18,032 nucleotides of DNA, taken from the NCBI GenBank assembly GCA_049314435.1, contig JBMOFD010000036.1, forward strand, positions 1-18,032, read 5' to 3'. Below the pieces are notes generated by a model. It searched no databases and was not told the origin of the DNA. It saw nothing but the letters and a program-made list of their open reading frames with translations. Below, one piece after another: positions 10,605-18,032 of this stretch (its first letter is position 1; each line of letters starts with the position of its first letter). A program made the position numbers and the translations under genes. The stretch comes from Chlamydiia bacterium. GTDB lineage: Bacteria > Chlamydiota > Chlamydiia > Chlamydiales > JBMOFD01.

Positions 10605-11003
10605 ATGGCTGCTCCACAACAGGAATTAGTTGCTACCGGACGTCGTAAGACAGCTGTAGCCTCAGTTCGCATGCGTCCAGGGTCTGGGCAGATTCTGGTG
10701 AATGACCGTCCCTTTGACGTGTACTTCCCAGTTGCGCTTACCCGTAACGCAATTCTCGCTCCGATTACCAAGCTGAAGCTCGACCAGCGTTTTGACATCA
10801 TCTGCCGCACTGTCGGTGGAGGTCCTAACGGCCAAGCCGAGTCGATGCGCCTGGCGATTAGCCGAGCTCTAGTAGGTGAAGAGCCAGAACGTCGCTCTGA
10901 TCTGAAGAATGCTGGCTTCTTGACACGCGACCCCCGTCGTCGTGAACGTAAGAAGTATGGCCTCAAGGGCGCACGTAAGCGCTTCCAGTTCAGCAAGCGA
11001 TAG
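10605..11003 (+). CDS. rpsI: 30S ribosomal protein S9
   Basis: ATGRRKTAVASV, GGGPNGQA, LTRDPRRRERKKYGLKGARKRFQFSKR. GAGG RBS. Confidence 0.98.
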   Translation: MAAPQQELVATGRRKTAVASVRMRPGSGQILVNDRPFDVYFPVALTRNAILAPITKLKLDQRFDIICRTVGGGPNGQAESMRLAISRALVGEEPERRSDLKNAGFLTRDPRRRERKKYGLKGARKRFQFSKR

Positions 11004-11036
11004 ACGTCGGGTCCAGACAATCTGGGCAAGATGGAC

Positions 11037-11078
11037 AAGGGCCGAGTCGATGGCAACATCGACCCGGCCCTTCTGTTT
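11037..11078. terminator. Bidirectional intrinsic terminator between rpsI and the carboxypeptidase gene
   Basis: 16-bp stem AAGGGCCGAGTCGATG/CATCGACCCGGCCCTT (one mismatch) with a GCAA loop, followed by CTGTTTT on the plus strand. Confidence 0.85.
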
Positions 11079-12575
11079 TTAGGCGAGCGTAGCCATGCGA
11101 GCACGGACGGCCTCAATGAAAGCTCGAGGTGACGGGTTCTCTCCGGTCGCTTGACGGATGAGTTCAGTAGGTGTCACGGTCCGCCCTAGTTGCCAAACGT
11201 GCTTCTGCAGCCAGGCCTGCAGGGGAGCAAAGTGGCCCTTGCGGATGTCTGATTCAAAGCCAGGATGGCTTCGAGTGTAGGCCGCAAAGAGCTGAGCTCC
11301 GTAGATATTTCCCAACGCATACGAAGGGAAATAGCCCATCTCCCCGAGCGCCCAGTGAATATCCTGCAGGCACCCGACCCCATCATGTTCTGATTCGATC
11401 CCCAATAGCTCTCGAGAGAGGGCATTCCATGCCTCGGGGACGTCCGCAACGGCAAGCTTGCCGCTGACGAGGTCCGCCTCGAGCCTTGTTCTTAAGATGA
11501 TATGCAGAGAGTAGCTCACCTCGTCTGCCTCGATACGGATGGAGGTGTGGTGGACACGATTGAGCCAGCGCACCAGGTGCGGCAGATCGATCTTGCCTAG
11601 ACCCTGTTCGTGTAGCTGCTGTGCCATCCATTCAAGGAAGGGGTAGGAGCCGCCGATGCGACATTCCCACAATCGAGATTGGCTCTCGTGCACGCCCAAA
11701 GAGCAGTAGGTTCCTTGTGCCAGACCAAAGCCCTCAGCAGGCAGGCCTCCGTCATAGAGGCCATGTCCTGCCTCATGCATGGTGGCGCTGATGGCGGACC
11801 ATGGTTCAGGAGAGTGCACCCGAGTTGTTAGGCGAATGTCATGAGGTGCTAGGCCCATGCAGAAGGGGTGCGAGCTCGTGTCAATACGTGCTCGAGCGGT
11901 CGTGAGTCCCAGAGAGACCAGAAGCTTGCGGCAGATCGCCAGTTGCTGCTCCGGGGAGCATGAGAGCCCCTCTGGAGCGCTCAAGGGTGGTTTAGCAAGA
12001 GCCTCGTTGCGTAGTGGGACCAGGGCATCCTGGAGCTCGCGATAGATGGGCTGGAGCTGGTCTAGGGTAAGTCCAGGTTCGAAGTGGTCCAGGAGAGCAT
12101 CATAGGGATGCTCCTTAAAGCCCAGGAACTGAGCGCGCTCTTGGTTGAGTGCGACGACTTTTTCCAGCCAAGGCTTGAACAGAGCGAAGGAGCGCTGTTC
12201 TCGTGCTTTGGCCCATACGGGAGGAGATTCGGAGTGGATCTTGGCGAGTCGTTTGACCCAGGTCGCCGGAGTGCGAGCATCTACGCTCCACTGGCGGTAG
12301 GCCTCGCGGAGGTTAGCGCTCTCGATGTGGTCATAGTCACCCAGAAGAGCCCCAGTCGAGAGGTCAATGCAGCGTGCTAGTCGACGGCGATAGGGGGCTC
12401 CTGTGAGACGTCCGTGGATGAGATGGGCCATGAAGGTGGACTGGACGGAGCGTCCATGACCGCCCTCTGTCGGCATCATGACCTCTTGGTCCCAGCCTAG
12501 AAGCGAGAGAATGCTCTGCACATGAGCCGTCTCCTTAGCCATCTTGGCGAACTGTGTGTAAGCGGAAGCGGACAT
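11079..12575 (-). CDS. Carboxypeptidase M32 family (Taq-like metallocarboxypeptidase)
   Basis: HPF, DIRLTTR, HEAGH (HEXXH), HESQS, IRIEADE, GCLQDIHW and GYFPSYALG motifs. Start is ATG 12575 with a GAGGTG RBS. Confidence 0.95.
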   Translation of the reverse strand: MSASAYTQFAKMAKETAHVQSILSLLGWDQEVMMPTEGGHGRSVQSTFMAHLIHGRLTGAPYRRRLARCIDLSTGALLGDYDHIESANLREAYRQWSVDARTPATWVKRLAKIHSESPPVWAKAREQRSFALFKPWLEKVVALNQERAQFLGFKEHPYDALLDHFEPGLTLDQLQPIYRELQDALVPLRNEALAKPPLSAPEGLSCSPEQQLAICRKLLVSLGLTTARARIDTSSHPFCMGLAPHDIRLTTRVHSPEPWSAISATMHEAGHGLYDGGLPAEGFGLAQGTYCSLGVHESQSRLWECRIGGSYPFLEWMAQQLHEQGLGKIDLPHLVRWLNRVHHTSIRIEADEVSYSLHIILRTRLEADLVSGKLAVADVPEAWNALSRELLGIESEHDGVGCLQDIHWALGEMGYFPSYALGNIYGAQLFAAYTRSHPGFESDIRKGHFAPLQAWLQKHVWQLGRTVTPTELIRQATGENPSPRAFIEAVRARMATLA

Positions 12576-12745
12576 GTTGGCACCTCGTAGAGTCGAACAT
12601 ATCTTTCCTGACGAGACTCCAAGATACAAGGTGTTGTCGTGTGCTTCCGGGTCATTTCCGATGCTCGCAGAGGGAAATTGCTGGGCAACGATAGACTCTA
12701 AGGGCATATGGCGGCGCAGTGCCGACCTCTTCTCTTAGGTGATCC

Positions 12746-14155
12746 ATGAATAAATCGATTTTGCTGGTCCTGCTAGCAGCCTCTCCAGAGCTAAGGGCAA
12801 CTCTCTCTTGGTCGCAGCCCCAAACGGTTTCCTCAAAGGGCGCAGTCTATCCTCGTGCAGTCGTGGATGCCGACGGGGATGCTACGGTCGCTTGGTTTCG
12901 TCCCGTCTCCAAGGGCATTGTTTTGGAGGTGAGCGAGCAAGACCAGGGCGTATGGAGTGCTCCCAAGACAGTGTCCAAGCTCAATATGCCCGATCAAGAT
13001 AGGGTCTACTTCCCAGAACTACAGGTCGATGGGCAGGGCCAGGCGATCATGGTGTGGAGCCAGGGGACGGCCTCTGGAGCCGATGCGGTATTCGTCAGTC
13101 GTAGAAAGAAGGGGGAAGCCTGGTCTAAGCCTTACAATCTCTCCCAGACCATGAATCGTAGCAATTGGGATGCGGTGAGTCCCAAACTCGCCATGAATGG
13201 GGCTGGCCGGGCTGTCGTCCTTTGGAGCGTCAACGATCGATCGAGCCGCTCCGTCATTCAGTCTACGCTGAAGGAAGCGCATGGCGAGCACTGGTCTGAA
13301 CCGGTCTATGTGTCCGAGCTAGTCAGAGCACGCTGGGAGATCCCTATGGGGGTACTGGCCGGCTCACCCTGTCTTGCCATGGACCCCGACGGCAATGTCG
13401 TAGCTGCTTGGCTTCGTACTGAGGACAAGATCCAAGAGGTCCCCATTCAGTCTGCTGTGCAACTATGTGGAGAGCCGTGGACTCGCGCCCTAGATGTATC
13501 TCTGATTCAGGGGCTTTTCTGGCCTAAACTCGTGACAGGAGAACGACCGAGGATTGCGATGAATGCACAGGGACAGGTGGCTCTTAGTTGGGTGACGAAG
13601 GGCTGGGTCTACGTCGCTACTAAAGAGGCAGAGGATCAGGGGGCCTGGCCATTTCCAGCCAAGGTTGTGGAGCAGGCTCCCGGCGATGAGCTGTGCCTCG
13701 AGCATCACATCTCTATCGATGAGCGGGGAGCGATGACTCTTGTGACACTCACCTGTGAAAAAGACTCTGATCTGAACTTCTACATTCGTGCGGCCCATAA
13801 GCCTGCACAGGGCACATGGTCAACTCCCACTCTGTTGGCCGGCCCTCTCACCGGAGAGGAGTCGCAAGATGTCCCACTGAAGTACCTCGGCCCCGCGATC
13901 GCTAAAGATGCTCAAGGGCGAGTGACCGCCATCTGGGGAGACCATAGCGCCCCCAATCACCCCAACAGCGTGTTGTATGCCGCCTCACAGGATGAGAGGG
14001 GAAACTGGTCGAGGCCAGTAGCTCTTACCTCAGGTGAGACCGAGAAAGGCAGGGCCTCGATCGTACCAGGTCCCGATGGCAGCATGATGGCCGTCTGGGA
14101 GGAGGGCCCACATGGATCTCAAGAGATCCATGTGGCGACCGGCCACCGCATGTAG
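12746..14155 (+). CDS. Secreted repeat protein, predicted 8-bladed beta-propeller
   Basis: Signal peptide followed by eight ~55-aa repeats of the form WSxPxxxS...PxhxhDxxGxhhhhW (WSQP, WSAP, WSKP, WSEP, WTRA, WPFP, WSTP, WSRP). Confidence 0.75.
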   Translation: MNKSILLVLLAASPELRATLSWSQPQTVSSKGAVYPRAVVDADGDATVAWFRPVSKGIVLEVSEQDQGVWSAPKTVSKLNMPDQDRVYFPELQVDGQGQAIMVWSQGTASGADAVFVSRRKKGEAWSKPYNLSQTMNRSNWDAVSPKLAMNGAGRAVVLWSVNDRSSRSVIQSTLKEAHGEHWSEPVYVSELVRARWEIPMGVLAGSPCLAMDPDGNVVAAWLRTEDKIQEVPIQSAVQLCGEPWTRALDVSLIQGLFWPKLVTGERPRIAMNAQGQVALSWVTKGWVYVATKEAEDQGAWPFPAKVVEQAPGDELCLEHHISIDERGAMTLVTLTCEKDSDLNFYIRAAHKPAQGTWSTPTLLAGPLTGEESQDVPLKYLGPAIAKDAQGRVTAIWGDHSAPNHPNSVLYAASQDERGNWSRPVALTSGETEKGRASIVPGPDGSMMAVWEEGPHGSQEIHVATGHRM

Positions 14156-14314
14156 GGCCGGACGGTCGCTGGCCTGGTCGTCGAATCCTGCGGGATGGCA
14201 TACTTCGGCGCGGACAGATCGGATCCTATAGTTGGGATCCGTTCCTCTTTCTTGGCTCTTCAGGGATTCTTGGAGGGCCAAGAGAGCGGTCTTGAGTCAA
14301 GCAGGAGGAATGGG

Positions 14315-15070
14315 ATGGCGGACGTTTCATGGCGACGGGCTCTCTGGTGGCAGTGCGCTGCCTTGGTTCTGGCAGTCACATGGCTCTGGGGGCCCACTCA
14401 GTCGCTCTGGGATCGCATGGATTGGGGAGTCTACCATCTGTTTCAGGGGCTAGCCTCTGAAAGTCGCTGGTTTGCGTATGCGATGGCGGTGCTCAATGCC
14501 CCTATAGGCAACTGGGTGATGTGCGGGTTCCTGGGGGTGGGCGTCTGCCCATGGTTGATCAAGAGCCGTTCTTGGGAGGAATTTGCCCGCAAGGCTGCTG
14601 AGGGCTCGCTCTACGTCATCCTCTTCTTTGTTGCGTTCTTCGTGATCAGTCGAGGACTCTTCGGCAGCTGGCTCGACTTCCAGCGACTGAGCCCCAGTCT
14701 GGTCGAGCGCCCCCTGGTTGATCTTGCCCTCTTGGTCCCCGGCCTTAAGGTGAAATGCTCCAGCGTGCAGTCCTTTCCGAGCGATCACGCCACGCAACTT
14801 CTCTTGTTGGCTATGTTCGGATGGCGGTTTGGCACTCGCTGGCGCTGGGTGATGGCCGCCATCGCCGTCTTCTTCTGCTGCCCTCGTCTTGTGAGTGGTG
14901 GCCACTGGTTCTCAGACTGTTTCGTGGGTGGGCTTGGGATCGCCATGATGGTCTATGGCTTGGGGTTTGTCAGTCCCATCCACGAGGTACTGCTCATGCC
15001 CATTGAATGGGTATGGCGGCGGTTAGTCGGTCTTCCAGCGCGCCCAGCGGAGGAAACACAGCCCTCCTAA
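14315..15070 (+). CDS. PAP2-family membrane phosphatase/phosphotransferase, LpxT (YeiU)-like
   Basis: AGGAGG RBS before ATG 14315, multiple TM helices, and motifs RLSPSL, SFPSDH and PRLVSGGHWFSD. Confidence 0.8.
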   Translation: MADVSWRRALWWQCAALVLAVTWLWGPTQSLWDRMDWGVYHLFQGLASESRWFAYAMAVLNAPIGNWVMCGFLGVGVCPWLIKSRSWEEFARKAAEGSLYVILFFVAFFVISRGLFGSWLDFQRLSPSLVERPLVDLALLVPGLKVKCSSVQSFPSDHATQLLLLAMFGWRFGTRWRWVMAAIAVFFCCPRLVSGGHWFSDCFVGGLGIAMMVYGLGFVSPIHEVLLMPIEWVWRRLVGLPARPAEETQPS

Positions 15071-16030
15071 AAGGAGGGCTGGTGCGCCGAGCCCCCACCA
15101 GATGGAGAGAAGATCCAAGCTGGTCAGCAAGCCCGTGCTCTCCCAAATCGTCATGGAGAGCAGCACCCCAGCCAGAGCGATCACCGCAGGCTTTAGGACC
15201 TGTGGCGACCTCTGGTAGCGGAGCACCATAGGGAGGATCCAGGCCATCACGAAGAGGGGCAGGAGGCTAAAGAGCACCCTGAGGATCGCAAGGGTCGCCA
15301 TCTTCGGGTGAGGTTTTTCCATAGTCAACGCCCATAGGCGACTCAGCTTCTGCGCCTCGGCATAGGAGGCTGACTGCCAACGAACCTTCGAGGGCGTTTC
15401 TTGCATGAAGGCGGTGAGCGCTTCATCATGACGACTCCACCCCTGTCCCTGGAAACGCCAGCCTTGGCCATGCTCCACCTCACGAACCGGTAGGAGGACA
15501 CGTGTGGCGTGAGCCAGTCTATCCTCGGAGATCCACCAGACATCCTCGAGTATCCCTTGACTGGATTGTCGACAGATCAGGCGACTTCCATCACGTAGGG
15601 TGGTGGTATAGAGGCCCTTGGGCCCCTCTAAAGCGTCCAGCTGGTCCACTGCTTTGGGTTGTAACCACTGCGCATTAGCCAGCAAGAGAAGGCTGCACAC
15701 CCCCGCAAAGAGCAGAAAAGGACGACCCGTTTTCCGCACGCTAATCCCCGAGCTCAACAGCGCGACCCACTCGTGCTGTTTCACGAGTTGATACCCTACA
15801 AAGACCCCAGAAAGAGCCACCGTGACAGACAGGAGCAGAGGAGCTCGTTTGCTTAGAACCAGGAGATAATGCCCAGGAAGGTGCAGCCATCCAACCTCTC
15901 TGAGGAGCATGTTGGCCTGTAGCCCAAAGTCTAAGAGGATCAGCAGAAGGGCGAGACTAAGGAAGAGAGCGGAACTGGTGCGCAGGAGGCGCCCCAGTAG
16001 ATAACGTTCCCAAAGTGGTGGCCAGGACAT
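15023..16030 (-). CDS. LptF/LptG (YjgP/YjgQ) family LPS export permease
   Basis: LWERYLL N-terminus, 3 TM helices, the signature LVKQHEWVALLSSGISVRKTGRP, a periplasmic region, then 3 more TM helices. Start is ATG 16030 or TTG 16042. Confidence 0.85.
   Translation of the reverse strand: MSWPPLWERYLLGRLLRTSSALFLSLALLLILLDFGLQANMLLREVGWLHLPGHYLLVLSKRAPLLLSVTVALSGVFVGYQLVKQHEWVALLSSGISVRKTGRPFLLFAGVCSLLLLANAQWLQPKAVDQLDALEGPKGLYTTTLRDGSRLICRQSSQGILEDVWWISEDRLAHATRVLLPVREVEHGQGWRFQGQGWSRHDEALTAFMQETPSKVRWQSASYAEAQKLSRLWALTMEKPHPKMATLAILRVLFSLLPLFVMAWILPMVLRYQRSPQVLKPAVIALAGVLLSMTIWESTGLLTSLDLLSIWWGLGAPALLLGGLCFLRWARWKTD
15906..15960 (+). repeat. 55-bp exact direct repeat, copy 1 (inside the lptF/G 5' region)
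   Basis: AGCATGTTGGCCTGTAGCCCAAAGTCTAAGAGGATCAGCAGAAGGGCGAGACTAA is identical to 17978-18032. Confidence 0.95.
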
Positions 16031-16334
16031 GATGGGATCCAACCTCTCGAGCTACAGAGGTCCTATGTTGCCAGGTTTTCCCTATCTTGAACCATGCGGT
16101 TTCCGAGAGGTGGGTGTGTTGGAAAGATGATGGAAGGCTTCTGGGTCGGAGTAGGTTTGGAAGAGCAGCCAAAACAGGAGATGGGAAACTTGGCTTTGGG
16201 CGAGTTGATCGAGCAGAAGGTGACTGACTTCCGGCTTGTTTGGACTACCTCGAAGGCAAGAGAACGGTGCATGAGGTGGAGTTCAAAGTCTCTCACCACA
16301 CGCGTCCAGACGAGTTAGTAGCGCGTGAGCTGGG

Positions 16335-16552
16335 GTACAGCAGCGCCTGCCTTGTGAATCACACCTCCATACGGGGATGTGGTTTCAAAGGGAAGCAGAC
16401 TGAGATGAGTGCTCTGACTGAGTCTCAATCAGAAGTCTATTTTAGGCTCTGAAGTCAGGAGCGGATGTACAGCAGCGCTCACAGGGGAACCACACCTCCA
16501 TATGGGGGAATGTGGTTCCAAAAAGTAAGGGGACTGCGATGAGTGCCCCGAC
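16335..16552 (+). repeat. Two diverged tandem copies of a ~85-bp hairpin-forming element (16335-16418 and 16467-16552)
   Basis: Shared blocks GTACAGCAGCGC, CACACCTCCATA, ATGTGGTT and GACTGnGATGAGTGC. Period 132 bp; roughly three-quarters identical by manual alignment. Confidence 0.85.
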
Positions 16553-16600
16553 GCTTAGGCCACTATTTGTATGATGGTGGCCCAGCGGCGGTAGGCCCCC

Positions 16601-17290
16601 CTACTGTTTGACAATCTTCTGATAATTCCCGTTTGGTTGGCTCAGAAGCCAGGCCAAGTAGAAGATGGGGAGTTGGTCATCGAAGCCAGCATGGTTGGCG
16701 TCCCATGCCCCCACAACCGCGCCGTATGGAGGCACGCAGTTTTTGGCTGGATCGGCGCAGCTGGTGAAGTGGAAGGCGATTCTCCCCATGTTGTTTCCAT
16801 CCACGTTACATTGATCTTGTTGACCGCTGCTGTTGGTGCACGCCCTAGCGATCGTTGGCAAGGCCTTCTGTAAATCGCTGGCATAGAAGCCGCCCTGCGG
16901 GGCAACTAGCTGCGACTGGTGACCGTCAGGCGGCGTTGCAATCGTGATCACGGACCATCCTGCTTGATTGTTTAGGACAGTGCCGAAATAGGGGCCAAGG
17001 GGCGCGGGAACCAACATATAATCGCTTCCCAGCGTGAGACCACTACTTCCACTGGGATTTCCGTTGCAAAGTGCCTTCATGGTAGATGCATTATTGTAGG
17101 CCGACACGCCAGGGGCCATCATGATAAAAAAGGAGGTGACATTATTAATGTCCTTGCATGTGACAATGTCAACATTGCAACCAATCTCGCCACCCTGCCA
17201 CGAACATCCCCAGGGGATGTCCATGGCCGAGAGAGTTGTAGTTGTCAAAGCTGCACAGAGCCCGATGATCCCTAAATAAGATGAACGCAT
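16601..17290 (-). CDS. Secreted Cys/Gly/Asn-rich hypothetical protein (229 aa)
   Basis: GGAG RBS before ATG 17290, signal peptide MRSSYLGIIGLCAALTTTTLSA, eight Cys in the mature region and an AT-rich upstream region. Confidence 0.75.
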   Translation of the reverse strand: MRSSYLGIIGLCAALTTTTLSAMDIPWGCSWQGGEIGCNVDIVTCKDINNVTSFFIMMAPGVSAYNNASTMKALCNGNPSGSSGLTLGSDYMLVPAPLGPYFGTVLNNQAGWSVITIATPPDGHQSQLVAPQGGFYASDLQKALPTIARACTNSSGQQDQCNVDGNNMGRIAFHFTSCADPAKNCVPPYGAVVGAWDANHAGFDDQLPIFYLAWLLSQPNGNYQKIVKQ

Positions 17291-17566
17291 GATTACTCCA
17301 TTTTTTGATCTAAACAATAAGTATATCTAAGTCTCTGCTACCGTGTCTTCGGCTAAAAAACAATTATTATATGACGCTATAAGGCATTTCATCGTCACCC
17401 TAGCTGGGAACAATGGCTGACAAGCGGGGGTACGAGATACTAAGTGGGTGGGAGAGTGCTGGAGGGTAGCGATCTGGACGTGGAGTCGTAGGGGTCCTCT
17501 ATAGAGGCAGGTGGCAGAGGAACCCGCCCTCCGCGCGTAGACAACCCTCAACTAGCTTCCGAGGAG

Positions 17567-17977
17567 CTAGCCCGACGTGGTCAGGCCTTCCTGGAAGGCC
17601 GTTCTCCATGCGGAGAGCAGCCCCTCGATCCACTGGGGGTCACGACTGAGATTCCTGCGTACAAGAGCTAATACGCGATAGGGAATGGGGCCTGGATGCC
17701 ACTCGACCGGTTCGAGGCACGTCCCTAACCTCACGAAATCAGGGAGGAATCCCGCCTCATCCGAGGTCATGCAGAGATCGGCGATCAACGACCAGCTGGG
17801 TAGTCGCGCTTTGATGGGGAGATGCGATCCTCTGGCTTCGAGCCAGAGCCTCTCCAAGGCAAGGCCCTCTGGCTGCTCCTCCGGCATGAGGACCGGCTGA
17901 ATGGGCGAGTTTGGATTTCTAGAGGCTAACCGAAAGAAGCCCGTGCAGATCTCCTCGATCTGCACACCTCGCCAGGA
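17567..17977 (-). pseudogene. C-terminal portion of a LysR-type regulator substrate-binding domain, truncated at its 5' end by the repeat junction
   Basis: LPIKARLPSWSLIADLCMTSDEAGFLPDFV...PIPYRVLAL fits the LysR C-terminal pattern. No HTH domain is present, and the upstream sequence switches to the lptF/G copy at 17978. Confidence 0.55.
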
Positions 17978-18032
17978 AGCATGTTGGCCTGTAGCCCAAA
18001 GTCTAAGAGGATCAGCAGAAGGGCGAGACTAA
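17978..18032 (+). repeat. 55-bp exact direct repeat, copy 2 (runs to the window end)
   Basis: Identical to 15906-15960. Confidence 0.95.

Noticed and set aside
12576..12707. N-terminal extension of the M32 peptidase ORF
   Set aside because: A good RBS precedes ATG 12575, giving the typical ~500-aa length; the extension occupies the divergent promoter region.
16335..16552. CRISPR mini-array, integron attC, hammerhead ribozyme or c-di-GMP/glycine riboswitch interpretation of the tandem repeats
   Set aside because: There are only two long, diverged units and no cas genes. The AAC...GTT hairpin is too short and lacks the RYYYAAC/GTTRRRY pattern. There is no exact CUGANGA plus GAAA core, and no GNRA/receptor or glycine aptamer consensus.
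17330..17570. tRNA or ncRNA in the intergenic region (palindrome CCTCTATAGAGG, hairpin 17552-17570)
   Set aside because: No cloverleaf or T-loop consensus on either strand; short hairpins alone are insufficient.
15906..18032. attL/attR of an integrative element
   Set aside because: No integrase or transposase lies between the repeats, and the junction cuts an ordinary LysR-like gene. Kept only as a duplication or artefact finding.

Overview
GC-rich bacterial chromosomal segment, most likely from an environmental Chlamydiota lineage (inferred from the chlamydial-type L13 sequence, a CT865-like gene near glgB and a CT838-like LptF/G permease). The core genes are glgB, ligA, rplM-rpsI, an M32 carboxypeptidase, an LpxT-like PAP2 enzyme and an LptF/LptG permease. 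They are interspersed with a thioredoxin-like protein, a divergent HemJ/CopD-like membrane protein and several orphan exported proteins: a Pro/Thr/Ala-rich lipoprotein, an 8-repeat beta-propeller and a Cys-rich secreted protein. Decay features include a NUDIX gene with an internal TAA, an ISAs1 transposase relic and a 5'-truncated LysR-like gene. The most unusual non-coding signals are (1) two diverged tandem copies of a structured ~85-bp element at 16335-16552 and (2) an exact 55-bp copy of part of the lptF/G gene at the very end of the window, which may be an assembly or chimera artefact. No complete novel multi-gene system can be demonstrated from the sequence alone. All family assignments are from recalled motifs, not database searches.
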